Notes under the pieces: model-generated
What the model saw: only the letters and a program-made list of their open reading frames with translations
Told to the model about the DNA's origin: nothing
Database searches by the model: none
Shown here: one piece after another, positions 55,008 through 64,000 of the stretch
How the letters are laid out: every line of letters starts with the position of its first letter
Position numbering within the stretch: the stretch's first letter is position 1
Program-made: the position numbers and the translations under genes
NCBI GenBank assembly: GCA_963823665.1
Contig: CAWGMQ010000004.1
Coordinates: 1,888,001-1,952,000, forward strand
From: an uncultured Planctomycetota bacterium
Lineage (GTDB): Bacteria; Planctomycetota; Planctomycetia; Isosphaerales; Isosphaeraceae
Reading direction: 5' to 3'
DNA length: 64,000 nt

Positions 55008-55062
55008 GTCGGTCGATTTCCCCTGTTCGGCCGACAAGTTCCGACCCGCGATTCAGGAGAAA
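55008..55062 (+). promoter_or_regulatory. Leader hairpin with anti-SD loop (copy 2)
   Basis: Stem GTCGGTCGA/TCGGCCGAC, loop TTTCCCCTGT, 8/9 complementary to CAGGAGAAA at 55054-55062. Confidence 0.55.
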
Positions 55063-55064
55063 GC

Positions 55065-55841
55065 ATGGCCAAACTTCCGTTGCCTGATGACCTAGTCGCT
55101 CTACGCGCAATCATCGAAGACGCCGCACTGATCGCGTCGGAGTTTCTAGCCGAGCGCGATCAACTCCGCTTGTACCACCGGTTGAGGCGTGAACTGGGAG
55201 CTTTTGATCAGCAGGAATTCGACCGACTGCTTGAGCAGAATCCGGCCAAGGCCCAGCGCGTACTTGATGACCTTCAGGCACTTCAGGACGCTGACCGCAG
55301 ATTCGTGGCAATGAACCGTCGACCAAAGACGCCCTGCATTCGCGTCAGGCCGTACGTGGACTTGCCGACCGACCCCAGAAGCAGGGTGAAGTTCTTGCTA
55401 TCATCGTCGGACCCTTTTCTCGACGTGCCGGGTCCATTCATTGAAGCCATCGTTCAAGTACACGATGAAGCGGCAGCCAAATTGGCAGCGCTCTCTCAGG
55501 CCAAGCAACACGCAACCGGTCTGCACCCGCCGACTTTGGGCAAGAGCAAGGCTCCAGAGCCCACAGCCGCCAACTCCTCGGGAAGCAAGTTCAAGTCGCG
55601 AGGCGATCCCGCGTCCCGTGCCTTGGCCGCCGCGCTCGCACTCCGGAAGGCCGGCAAGCCGGTAAGTGTCCGCGCCGCCTGCGAGGCCGCCGGCGTGGAT
55701 CGCAAGAATCTCGCTGCCAAGCACCCCGAGGCCATCGAGTTTATCGAGCGCCTTGCGGAACCGGATCGACAGCTTCGAACGGGAATGCGCGACCGCCGGA
55801 CCGGGAATCTCGAAGCGCAGGACGATTCAGACGAGGATTGA
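55065..55841 (+). CDS. Hypothetical protein with C-terminal HTH (module copy 2, gene A)
   Basis: AGGAGA RBS; C-terminal GDPASRALAAALALRKAGKPVSVRAACEAAGVDRKNL. Confidence 0.75.
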   Translation: MAKLPLPDDLVALRAIIEDAALIASEFLAERDQLRLYHRLRRELGAFDQQEFDRLLEQNPAKAQRVLDDLQALQDADRRFVAMNRRPKTPCIRVRPYVDLPTDPRSRVKFLLSSSDPFLDVPGPFIEAIVQVHDEAAAKLAALSQAKQHATGLHPPTLGKSKAPEPTAANSSGSKFKSRGDPASRALAAALALRKAGKPVSVRAACEAAGVDRKNLAAKHPEAIEFIERLAEPDRQLRTGMRDRRTGNLEAQDDSDED

Positions 55842-55992
55842 CCCAGCCACTTCATCCCTCCGCTCGAAATCGGTCGCCCCTGGAAAAGAAGGGGGCCGAC
55901 GAGCCTGCCACCCCGCCAAGACCCCACCACACGCCGGATAGCTCATGAGGCCGCGACGTGCGGCACTCTGAATCCTGACCGCGGAGTCGGTC
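55841..55992 (+). promoter_or_regulatory. Degenerate ACCCCGCCA repeat array plus hairpins (copy 2)
   Basis: ACCCAGCCA 55841, AGCCTGCCA 55902, ACCCCGCCA 55910, ACCCCACCA 55921; GCCGC-GACGT-GCGGC hairpin. Confidence 0.6.
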
Positions 55993-56586
55993 ATGTCCCG
56001 TACAAACCCGCTGGCCGACCTCACGCTCGATGAATTTCCGATCGCATGGCTCGCGGAAATGCTGATTGCCATCAACCGAGGCGACTTCGAGCGTGCGGCG
56101 GAATCTCAACGCCAGCTTGACCGTTTCGGGTGGCGAGTGACCCACAAAAGAACCCGCCAATTCACCGTCGGATACCTCTCGCAGGAAGGGCAGGTTTCTT
56201 CAACCGAACTCGAGCAGATCCGCAGATCGTGCGACGAACTCAGCAAAGAGATTCTGGCGTCCTCAGAATTGCCCAAGTTGCTCAAAACATGGCTTCTCGA
56301 CCTGGCCCGAGCGATGCGACACGCGATCGACCGCTTTCAAGTCCAGGGCACTCGCGGTCTGCGACACCAACTGCAAGAAGCATTGCGGTCGTTTGTGCTT
56401 AACGAGCAACACCCCAAGGCGGTGCGGAAGGAGTCACCGACCATCTGGATGAGGTTGCTGGCTGGAGTGGAGCGGGTCGAAAAAGTGTCGCGTTTAGTAG
56501 AGCACGTGATGAAAATCACAGCGATCACGATGAAAGCGATAGATTATTTCTCAGGAATCAACTCGCCGTCACCTCCTTCCAAGTGA
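55993..56586 (+). CDS. Hypothetical protein (module copy 2, gene B)
   Basis: 197 aa paralog of 50650-51243, with the same SPSPPSK end. Confidence 0.8.
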   Translation: MSRTNPLADLTLDEFPIAWLAEMLIAINRGDFERAAESQRQLDRFGWRVTHKRTRQFTVGYLSQEGQVSSTELEQIRRSCDELSKEILASSELPKLLKTWLLDLARAMRHAIDRFQVQGTRGLRHQLQEALRSFVLNEQHPKAVRKESPTIWMRLLAGVERVEKVSRLVEHVMKITAITMKAIDYFSGINSPSPPSK

Positions 56587-56700
56587 TCCAACGGGTTTTC
56601 GGGCAATCTGGCAAACAAGGTTGCTGCAAGATGACCGCCCCTTCATAATCGGCTTGTGTACTGTGTCATGTCTGGACAAAGGTCTAGGAACCTATTCTCC

Positions 56701-57360
56701 ATGAGCATCATCTTGGGACACGGCGTCTATAGCCTGACCGAGGCTGCGCGACTCACGCATTTAAGGCCGCAACGCGTCCGGGAATGGTTTGCGGGTCGGG
56801 GCGGTGCTCGCGGGGTCGTCTTTCGGAGCGACTATCAGCCTGTCGAAGGCGATCGTGCAATCAGTTTCCTTGACCTCGTCGAACTGTTCGTGGCTGGCCA
56901 GTTGCGCGATCACGGAGTTTCGCTGCAAGCGTTGAGGAAGGTCTATAAGAGACTGGAGAAAGATCTAGATACCAGACATCCGTTTGGCAGACGAGAGATT
57001 CTAACCGATGGCAAAAACGTCTTTGTTCTCGGCCTGGATGACAAAGGGGCCGAAGAAATGGTCGAGGTTCTCTCGCGTCAAAAGGTGTTCGTTGAAATCC
57101 TGCTGCCATTCCTGAAGAGAATTGATTACGACTCCGCGACACGGCTCGCGAAAAAGTGGTTCGTAACGGATCAGGTCGTTCTCGACCCGACGATCTGCCT
57201 CGGCAAGCCTATCATCGAGAAGGCTGGAATCGCCACCGCGATCCTTGCCGCCTCGTTTCAAGCCAATGACCAAGACGCTGGAATTGTTGCGGACTGGTAC
57301 GGCGTGCAGCAGAGCCAGGTTCTGGCGGCGGTCGAATTTGAGCGAAGCCTGGCCGCATGA
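56701..57360 (+). CDS. DUF433/HTH antitoxin (VapB45-like)
   Basis: YSLTEAARL HTH, ISFLDLVE, HPF, VVLDPTICLGKPII, VLAAVEFE. Confidence 0.85.
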   Translation: MSIILGHGVYSLTEAARLTHLRPQRVREWFAGRGGARGVVFRSDYQPVEGDRAISFLDLVELFVAGQLRDHGVSLQALRKVYKRLEKDLDTRHPFGRREILTDGKNVFVLGLDDKGAEEMVEVLSRQKVFVEILLPFLKRIDYDSATRLAKKWFVTDQVVLDPTICLGKPIIEKAGIATAILAASFQANDQDAGIVADWYGVQQSQVLAAVEFERSLAA

Positions 57361-57779
57361 AGTTCTTCTTCGATCGCAATATGTCTGTCTACCTCGCGAG
57401 AATGATCGGCGCTCTGGAGCGCGACCACACGATTAGACATCACGACGAAGACCCGCGATTTGAGACCACGACTCCCGACACAGAGTGGATCTCCGTACTG
57501 GGCAAGGATCGTCCTACATGGGTGGCGATAAGCGGTGACGGTCGCATTCTCCGCAACAAGGCCGAACGCGCCGCGCTTCGTGAAGCAAAACTGACGTTCT
57601 TCTGCCTCTCAAAGCAGTGGATGAATGTCCCGAAATATGAATTTGCTTGGAAGTTCGTGAAGGTCTGGCCCGACATTCTCGAACAGGCAAAACTGATGTC
57701 TTCGTACCAGTGCGTCTTCGAGGTAACGGGAGGTAGATCGCTGAAGATAGACGTACGTGAGCGATGGCCTTTGGGGTGA
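57357..57779 (+). CDS. PIN-domain toxin (VapC45-like)
   Basis: MKFFFDRNM, PDTEWI, ISGDGRI..NKAE; ATGA overlap with the antitoxin. Confidence 0.85.
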   Translation: MKFFFDRNMSVYLARMIGALERDHTIRHHDEDPRFETTTPDTEWISVLGKDRPTWVAISGDGRILRNKAERAALREAKLTFFCLSKQWMNVPKYEFAWKFVKVWPDILEQAKLMSSYQCVFEVTGGRSLKIDVRERWPLG

Positions 57780-58021
57780 GGTCCGCGGCCGAAAATGCGA
57801 GTGCGTCCACTGCGCTGAGCCCATCGCCCGCTCCAATCGTGGCACTGAGCCTACTTTCCACCGAGCCCCTACGCTGTCACGGTACCCCAGCGGACAATCA
57901 TCCCACGACGCGCAAATCCCGATGTTCATGCATTTGACGCTGACGAGCGAGCCGACCCTCGAGAAGTTAAGCCAACAACCAATCTTGTCGAATCTCAAAA
58001 CATGGGCGACCGCGACCCATT

Positions 58022-58216
58022 TCATCGACCCAGCTTCACGCTCGTGTCGCCCGGCTCAGATGCGGGAAGCGAACGCTCGACCATCTCGCGAGTAACCCTG
58101 CTGTTCTCGTAATGGACATTGCCAAAGGCGAAGCCGATCTCCAGACTCCGCTCTTGTTCGGGCGTCATCTCGACGTGTCGTGCCTTCTCGATTAGAGCAA
58201 GCAGTCTGTCCGACAT
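58022..58216 (-). CDS. Small hypothetical protein
   Basis: GGGAGA RBS; MTPEQ...FAFGNVHYENSRVTREMV. Confidence 0.6.
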   Translation of the reverse strand: MSDRLLALIEKARHVEMTPEQERSLEIGFAFGNVHYENSRVTREMVERSLPASEPGDTSVKLGR

Positions 58217-58314
58217 TTCCCGTTCTCCCAGCCTGCTTCGACGTGTTCGTGATTTAGGTAATTATCGGCCAGCAAAGCGTGACCGTCAAACAATCTTGGA
58301 ACACGCAGCTCAGC

Positions 58315-58486
58315 TTACTGTCTCGTGGAGGAACGCGGTCGCGACCCGTATGGGTTGAAATGTCGCGATCTCCCGAGGGCCTTGGCGATCGCGTAACGGC
58401 TCATCCCCGAGACTTCGACAGCTTCCCTGATCTCGCCGCTGAGCTCGGTACCCGCATCCGGCGGAGCGGCGGGCGTACGTCGGCGT
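58315..58486 (-). pseudogene. XRE/Cro-like HTH remnant
   Basis: LSGEIREAVEVSGMSRYAIAKALG, then the frame degenerates. Confidence 0.45.
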
Positions 58487-58817
58487 GAGGAATCAGGCAC
58501 CCCACGAACCGGGCACAGTCGAGGTCGAATTCCACACGTATTCGGGCATACTCGTTTTTGTTGTTCAGCGCAAACACCATTTCTGGGCGAGCCCAGACGA
58601 CGCAAGAACGACGTTGTGGCGTTTGCACAAATTCAATTTGACATGGGGAATGTTTGCATACGGCGCGTTGCTGATCCCACTTGTGTCATACCTCAACTAC
58701 GTGGCCCAGAAGCGGTCGATCGAGCGACAGCTCACCGCGATGCCCGGCGAAGGGGAGCGAGCGACCATTCCCGGAGGAGATGACAAAGGGGCCGAAGAAA
58801 CGCCCCGGAAAGCTTGA
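58485..58817 (+). CDS. Small membrane hypothetical protein
   Basis: FHTYSGILVF...NLTWGMFAYGALLIPLVSYLNY hydrophobic segments. Confidence 0.6.
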   Translation: MRNQAPHEPGTVEVEFHTYSGILVFVVQRKHHFWASPDDARTTLWRLHKFNLTWGMFAYGALLIPLVSYLNYVAQKRSIERQLTAMPGEGERATIPGGDDKGAEETPRKA

Positions 58818-58918
58818 TCAAGCGATCAGGCTTTCTGTTCTCTTGCTGACTAACAGTGCCGTGCATCCGCGTTAAGTGTGCGGGGAAATCTCGCCCCGGA
58901 GTGGCGTGGGCGCCATCT

Positions 58919-59191
58919 TCAGGTGAATGGACCACTCGTGCGAAAAAACACGAGAGTGTCTTGGTGCGGTCCGGTACTCACGCGCTCAACTAGTATCTGG
59001 CCAGAACGCCCGTCGGCCGTCGCTAACGTGAACGATTGGCCCGCCGTGGGCCAAGGCGTGCCCTCGCTCAGAATGAACGAGCCCTTGTATCGGCCTGGAT
59101 TGCCCGGAGAGCCAGCCGGCTCGAAAGTGAGCAACGCGACCTTAGCAAGACTCTTATCATCGCCGCTAATCCTGCCAATTGCTTCGGACAT
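58919..59191 (-). CDS. Small beta-rich hypothetical protein
   Basis: MSEAIGRI...FTLATADGRSGQILV...FFRTSGPFT. Confidence 0.5.
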   Translation of the reverse strand: MSEAIGRISGDDKSLAKVALLTFEPAGSPGNPGRYKGSFILSEGTPWPTAGQSFTLATADGRSGQILVERVSTGPHQDTLVFFRTSGPFT

Positions 59192-59708
59192 CGGCGGTGC
59201 TCGGTACCTGCGCGACACGATCCGGTGCGATTCATCCTACACACGTTCTGTAGCCAATTTGTAGTCAATACTGCGGTCACTGGCGTGAATTGGTGGACGC
59301 CGGCGGATACCGGAATTCATCGCCAATCCGCATCCACAGCGGAAATTGAACGACGCCGGAGGATGACAGGCAATGCCTGGCTGACTTATGCGAAGCTGCG
59401 GTTGAGCATCGCGTCCGCGCAGTTCGGCTCGTCACGGAGAATGAAGTAGCGGGGTAGCCGCGCTCCGAAAGATGCAAGACTGGGTATGCGGGCTAAAAGA
59501 TGGCACGGCTCAGTGGGGCGGCGAGGCCGATCCTTCGAGCACTCCAACGCGAAGCTTTGCTTTATCTTCACGCCAACTCACCAGTAGAATGGAAGAAGGC
59601 AACGGACCGAGAACCACTCTCGAATATCCGCGCGTGGGTCCACAGCCTCGGCCAGGTTCGAGTGAACAGGTTTCGGCAATCGAATCGTCTCGCATTCGTG
59701 GGCTGAAA

Positions 59709-60152
59709 ATGAGCAGGCAAGCCAATACTCCCGACCTCATGAATCCCGAAGGAGAGCGCGATCGGAGGGAGTCGCAAGCAGACGCTACCTTCGATGAAGT
59801 CGATTTCGGAGTCGCCATGGACTTTCGAGAAGTCGATGAGCAGGGAGAACCCATCGTGTTGACGAGGCCGAAGCCGCACGGACTGCTTCCAATTCCCCCC
59901 GAGGTCGAGGCTGTTGTCGCTCAGGAGGAGGCGCGACTTCTCAAGGATCACGGAGTTACTCCGACGCCGGAAGCCAAACAACGGCTGCTGGACTAGCTGA
60001 CCTTGCAATACTACTTCGACGGCATCGACATCGCCTATCGCCGCACCACCAAGGGTGTCGAAGTGGTTGCGGTGGGACTTGACGAGGTGGGGGAGCTAAT
60101 CCGAACAACTCCGCAGGAGCAGCGGGCGGACGTCGTGTTTGGCCAAGGTTGA
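59709..60152 (+). pseudogene. Hypothetical protein with in-frame TAG at 59994
   Basis: Frame continues past the stop as LTLQYYFDGIDIAYRRTTKGVEVVAVG...VVFGQG*, ending 2 bp before the protease ATG. Confidence 0.65.
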
Positions 60153-60154
60153 CC

Positions 60155-60625
60155 ATGTCGCGACTCGAACGACCGCTCCTGGCCAAGACGATTGCGCTGA
60201 CGGGCGACATCGCCCTTCGTGCCGAACTAACACTGCGGAACAAGACGAACGCGCAGAACTGGGAGCCTGTGATTTTCCTGGTTGATCCCGGGACGGAGAT
60301 GACGACACTGCCGGCTGCACGCGCGAAACAGCTCGGGATCCCTTTTCCCAAAAAGCCGGTACCACGGCTCGGCATCACCGGCAAGAGCGCTGAGGTTCGG
60401 GCGGGCCTCATCCGCACTCGTGTTGATGGGATGGACCCCACCGAGTACATCTTTCCGTTCTACTTCATCGGTGACCCCGATGCGCCCTTCGACCCTAATC
60501 GGCCGCCGAAGTTCCCCAGAAGCCTGCTGGGCTTGAGCGGTGTCGTGGACAAGATTCGCTTCCTCTTCGACGGCACGCCGACCGCGACAGCACCGCAGGG
60601 GCTCATCGTCGTCGAGAAGATATAG
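60155..60625 (+). CDS. Retropepsin-like (clan AA) aspartyl protease
   Basis: FLVDPGTEMTTLP (D-T/S-G variant), AKQLGI, SLLGLSG. Confidence 0.7.
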   Translation: MSRLERPLLAKTIALTGDIALRAELTLRNKTNAQNWEPVIFLVDPGTEMTTLPAARAKQLGIPFPKKPVPRLGITGKSAEVRAGLIRTRVDGMDPTEYIFPFYFIGDPDAPFDPNRPPKFPRSLLGLSGVVDKIRFLFDGTPTATAPQGLIVVEKI

Positions 60626-60684
60626 ACGCTTTCCACCACGCCGTCGGACCATCAGGAAGCATCGCGCTTCGCTTGAAACTGGAT

Positions 60685-60847
60685 GATCTGCCTCGGAATG
60701 CCCTTCGTCGAGAAAGCCGGAGTCGCAACCGCGATTCTTGCCGCCTCCTTTCAAGCCAATCAAACAGGACGCTGGAATTGTTGGCGATCGGTACCGCGTG
60801 CATGAAAGCCAAGTTTTGGCGGCCGTCGAATTTGAGCGAAGCCTGGC
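60685..60847 (+). pseudogene. Degenerate duplicate of the 3' end of the DUF433 antitoxin gene
   Basis: Nucleotide match to about 57193-57355 (atctgcctcgg...gtcgaatttgagcgaagcctggc). Confidence 0.85.
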
Positions 60848-60865
60848 TGGATGGGGTCAGAGAAC

Positions 60866-62191
60866 TCAATCCGCGCCTTGCAATTTCTCCAAAAGATTGG
60901 CCGAAGGAGTAAATATCCACGTTTTACCGATCTTCCGTTTATCGACCAGCCCACGGTTCGCGAGATCCATGAGGTCGCTGCGCGCGGTTTCGTAGACGAC
61001 CCGATGGCTATTGCGATGCGACTCGACGGTGTAACGCTGGCCCGGATGGCGCAAGGCATGACCGATAAGCTCGCGCTGGCGATGGTTCAGGAATGTGAAT
61101 CCTTGAAGTTCCTTCTCAGCCTCGCTTAGCTGTTTCACGTGACGATCGATGTACTTGTAAAGCTCGCTGATCGCGCTGCTGACGATGTTCGCATGGTAGA
61201 GAATGAAGTACGTAAGGTCGTTGGCATCGGTCTCCGAATACAGAAAAGCCTGGGCATACTTCACCGGAGCCATGTGGATTATTTTTGATATCGTTATCAA
61301 CTCAAACAGCGAGTATCCGCGCTTCAGCATCGACCAGTAGAATAACGCTCGCGCGGTCCTCCCATTTCCATCGACGAAGGGGTGATCGTAAGCGAGCCAG
61401 AAGTGAAGAATGATCGACCGAACCAGAGGATGAATGAACCCGCCAGGTGTCCGGCCGTTCGCGAACTTACACATTTCCAGCGCACGTCTACTCAACTCAT
61501 CGGCTGGCGGAGGGACATGAAGCACCTGCCCCTCAGCGTCCTCCACCCGGATGTTCTCGTCGGACCGACGAAATCGTCCGGCCGCTGATGGGTTATCCAA
61601 TGTCCCATCGGTGATGAGCTGGTGGATCTCGAGTATCAGGTCGATGCTGAGATCTTGCTCCTTGATTTCCAGTATGTGCTCCATCGTTCGATAGTTGTTG
61701 AAGATCATCCTTTCGCTGCGGTTTCGCGGCGCGCGGCCTTCTTGAATCATTTTCTTGGCCACCGCCCGCGTGGTGGATGCCCCCTCCAACTGGCTGGACG
61801 TGATCGATTCCTCGATCAACGAACGCACAAGATATCGATCCCTGGTTGCCGGATTGATTACTGGTTCCGGTTGCTGGATGACACCGTGCGCCAGCGAATC
61901 GACGTGATGCAACCATTCCAGTAGCGGATCGACAACGTTAAATGTAAAGCTGGCGCCTTGTTTATCGTTGAGCGGGACAACCTTCGCCCCGAGCCGCCGC
62001 ATTTTGAGACCAAGCCACCACTCGCGGTGAGACAGCCCGTTCGGCGGTGTCAAATGTCGGAGCTTATCCCAGTGACGGTATCGGCCCCGGACGCTTGGCT
62101 CGACGATTTGTGTCATGATTCGCGCGAGGTTCTCCGGCGCAATGTTTTGCCACATCGCCTGTTGCGACGGCGGAGCGGAAGGGATCTTCAT
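60866..62191 (-). CDS. Fic-family protein with C-terminal winged helix
   Basis: Canonical HPFVDGNGRTAR; upstream SSQLEG inhibitory motif; YETARSDLMDL wHTH. Confidence 0.93.
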   Translation of the reverse strand: MKIPSAPPSQQAMWQNIAPENLARIMTQIVEPSVRGRYRHWDKLRHLTPPNGLSHREWWLGLKMRRLGAKVVPLNDKQGASFTFNVVDPLLEWLHHVDSLAHGVIQQPEPVINPATRDRYLVRSLIEESITSSQLEGASTTRAVAKKMIQEGRAPRNRSERMIFNNYRTMEHILEIKEQDLSIDLILEIHQLITDGTLDNPSAAGRFRRSDENIRVEDAEGQVLHVPPPADELSRRALEMCKFANGRTPGGFIHPLVRSIILHFWLAYDHPFVDGNGRTARALFYWSMLKRGYSLFELITISKIIHMAPVKYAQAFLYSETDANDLTYFILYHANIVSSAISELYKYIDRHVKQLSEAEKELQGFTFLNHRQRELIGHALRHPGQRYTVESHRNSHRVVYETARSDLMDLANRGLVDKRKIGKTWIFTPSANLLEKLQGAD

Positions 62192-62310
62192 TGGAAGTTT
62201 GCAGTTCTGGGCGAAATACCAATTTCATACTATTTCGTACTGAATTAGTATATGGCGTGAACCTGAGCCCGAAAAGACATGCTAGCGAAACTCCCATCGA
62301 AAGGCCGCGC

Positions 62311-63615
62311 ATGGTTTGTTCCTCACAACGCCAGCGGTTCCATCAATGGTCCGGGCGCGACAGTTTGCGAATCGTTGCCGTGTTCTGCGCGCTCCTCTGC
62401 GGCCTCGCACGCTCAGGCCGCGCCCAGGAAGCCCAGGCCGGCGCCGCCCCACAAGCGTCAAAGACCTGGAAAGTGCTCATGATCGGCAACAGCTACACCT
62501 ACTTCAACAATATGCCGAGAATGTTCGAGCAACTCGCACTGGCGGATCAACCCCCGCGACGCGTGCAGTGCGAGATGATCGTGCAGGGAGGCGCCACGCT
62601 CAACCGACACTGGGAGGCTGGCACAGCGATCAAAGCGATCGAACGAGGCGGCTGGGATTTCGTGATCCTTCAAGAGCAGAGCACGCTCGGAGAGACGTTG
62701 CTGGTGGAAGGCCTGCCACGCATCGGCAATCCGAGCCAGTACTTTGCTTCCGCACGCCGTTTCCACGAAGCCATCGGCAGAAGCGGCGCGCGCACCGTCA
62801 TTTTCGCGTTCTGGGCCAGGGAGAACGTTCCCAGGGAAGACCACGACACTTTGGACTACGCGCATCACAAACTGGGCCAGGAGCTCGGCGCCGTCGTTGC
62901 ACCCGTCGGCCTCGCCTGGCGAGCGCTCCGGCAACAAAAGGTCCATCCCGCACTTTACCGAGACGATCATTCGCACCCGGCGCCTGAGGGCTCCTACCTG
63001 GCCGCCTGTGTTCTCTACGCCGCCTGCTTCGGCGCCGTTCCGGCAGACCCGCCGCGTAGTATCACCGGAAAACGCATCGACACGAGCGGTCAGGTGAGCC
63101 CCGAGAAGGAACAAACACTCGTCGAGGTGTCCCAGGAATTCGCGCACACTCTTCGGGACGCGGCAAACGAGAGCCTGACCTCCAGCCGCCAATTCGCACG
63201 CGAGCTGGATCGACACAAACCCGTGCCGCCCCATCTTCCGCAACTGGAACGAGGCCGTCGGCCGACGACCGAGGAACTGGAAGGAGACTGGACCGGCGAA
63301 TCGACAGTGTATCCCAGAGCCACCGATCGGCCTGCGGCAATGACGCTTCGGCTAACGCATGAGGCCGGATCCTGGCAGGCCCGCGGCAAGATCTCTTTCG
63401 GAGGAGATCCCGCCGACATCGTCCTCGACATCGGAGAGTTCCAGATCACCGACGATGGGATCTCTTTCGTGGATCGAAACAAGCAGACCAACGGCGGCAG
63501 CGTAGCTCGCTACCGCGGCGCCTTTGCGCCTCGATCGCTCAGCGGTATCGCCGAGATCACATCAGTTGAAGCCCGCCTCCGCGTGATCGGGAGTTGGACA
63601 TTGAAAAAGAAATGA
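62311..63615 (+). CDS. Secreted SGNH/GDSL-like hydrolase with extra C-terminal domain
   Basis: Signal-like segment; VLMIGNSYTY, WDFVILQEQS, DHSHP motifs. Confidence 0.8.
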   Translation: MVCSSQRQRFHQWSGRDSLRIVAVFCALLCGLARSGRAQEAQAGAAPQASKTWKVLMIGNSYTYFNNMPRMFEQLALADQPPRRVQCEMIVQGGATLNRHWEAGTAIKAIERGGWDFVILQEQSTLGETLLVEGLPRIGNPSQYFASARRFHEAIGRSGARTVIFAFWARENVPREDHDTLDYAHHKLGQELGAVVAPVGLAWRALRQQKVHPALYRDDHSHPAPEGSYLAACVLYAACFGAVPADPPRSITGKRIDTSGQVSPEKEQTLVEVSQEFAHTLRDAANESLTSSRQFARELDRHKPVPPHLPQLERGRRPTTEELEGDWTGESTVYPRATDRPAAMTLRLTHEAGSWQARGKISFGGDPADIVLDIGEFQITDDGISFVDRNKQTNGGSVARYRGAFAPRSLSGIAEITSVEARLRVIGSWTLKKK

Positions 63616-64000
63616 CCCGGAAGTAGGAATAATCTAGATCTCACGCTTCGCCTCGTAGCTCCGATCATCATCGAGGATCAGCACGCGACGAACCTTTGTG
63701 GTTCGTGTTCGATCGAACACGGATGCCCACACGATCCGGCCGAAGTCGAAAAGGCTTTACCGATTACGGCTTCGCGAACCCGCCTCAATCTCAACGGAGC
63801 CGCGACAGATCCCGCGCTCACGCACCCTCCACCCAAATCCCACCACGGATCCTACTTTCCGCTCCCTCCCCAGGCTATCATGGCACCCCAACGAACGATC
63901 AATCATTCATTCCACAATGGCACAAAATCCGATGTTCAGACATTTCACGCTCACAACCGACGACGCAACCCTCGTAACCCGCTTCGATCTCAAGGAAATG

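Larger units (their letters stand above)
37756..62191. mobile_element. tRNA-Ser-anchored genomic (defence) island; right boundary uncertain, no integrase seen
   Basis: Abrupt switch to more AT-rich accessory genes directly after the tRNA; TA/defence genes, pseudogenes, duplications and tRNA-3'-end-like repeats. Confidence 0.75.

Noticed and set aside
54693..55064. N-terminal extension of the 382-aa ORF
   Set aside because: A good RBS and the paralog-matched leader place the start at 55065.
39231..59996. Amber (TAG) recoding, suggested by in-frame TAGs at 39231 and 59994
   Set aside because: TAG acts as a normal stop elsewhere (e.g. 4112, 11393, 38555), and no suppressor or pyl genes are seen; nonsense mutation or base error suffices.
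37756..64000. Integrase, transposase or prophage structural genes
   Set aside because: No tyrosine or serine recombinase catalytic motifs, DDE motifs or virion genes recognised in the ORF track.

Overview
High-GC bacterial sequence, most likely a planctomycete (Isosphaeraceae-like), judged from gene content and protein motifs. Many 1-bp indels split even essential genes (gyrA, sucA, lpdA), which points to uncorrected long-read errors. Bases 1-37.1 kb are core genome: a minus-strand type IV pilus/T2SS-like cluster (pilB, pilT, pilB, pilC, four very large prepilins and a giant PilX/GspK-like protein running off the window), an ECF sigma factor, a DUF4432-like gene, ccsA-hemA, gyrA, purM, a class II cytochrome c, lipoate ligase and sucA-sucB-lpdA. 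An 82-83 bp double-hairpin repeat array and tRNA-Ser(GCT) follow. Downstream (37.8-62 kb) is a defence/TA-rich island with no integrase visible. Its main features are: two cassettes each closed by the same att-like repeat containing a tRNA-Ser 3' end (one carries a probable ADP-ribosyltransferase, the other an IetAS-type AAA ATPase plus S8 protease); a HEPN gene pair; HigBA; a VapBC45-like pair; a Fic protein; an aspartyl-protease pair; and two copies of a module of structured leader, HTH gene, ACCCCGCCA repeats and partner gene. Between those two copies sits a Mrr-type nuclease-TPR-Hint (intein-like) fusion. All calls come from motif reading by eye; no database searches were run.
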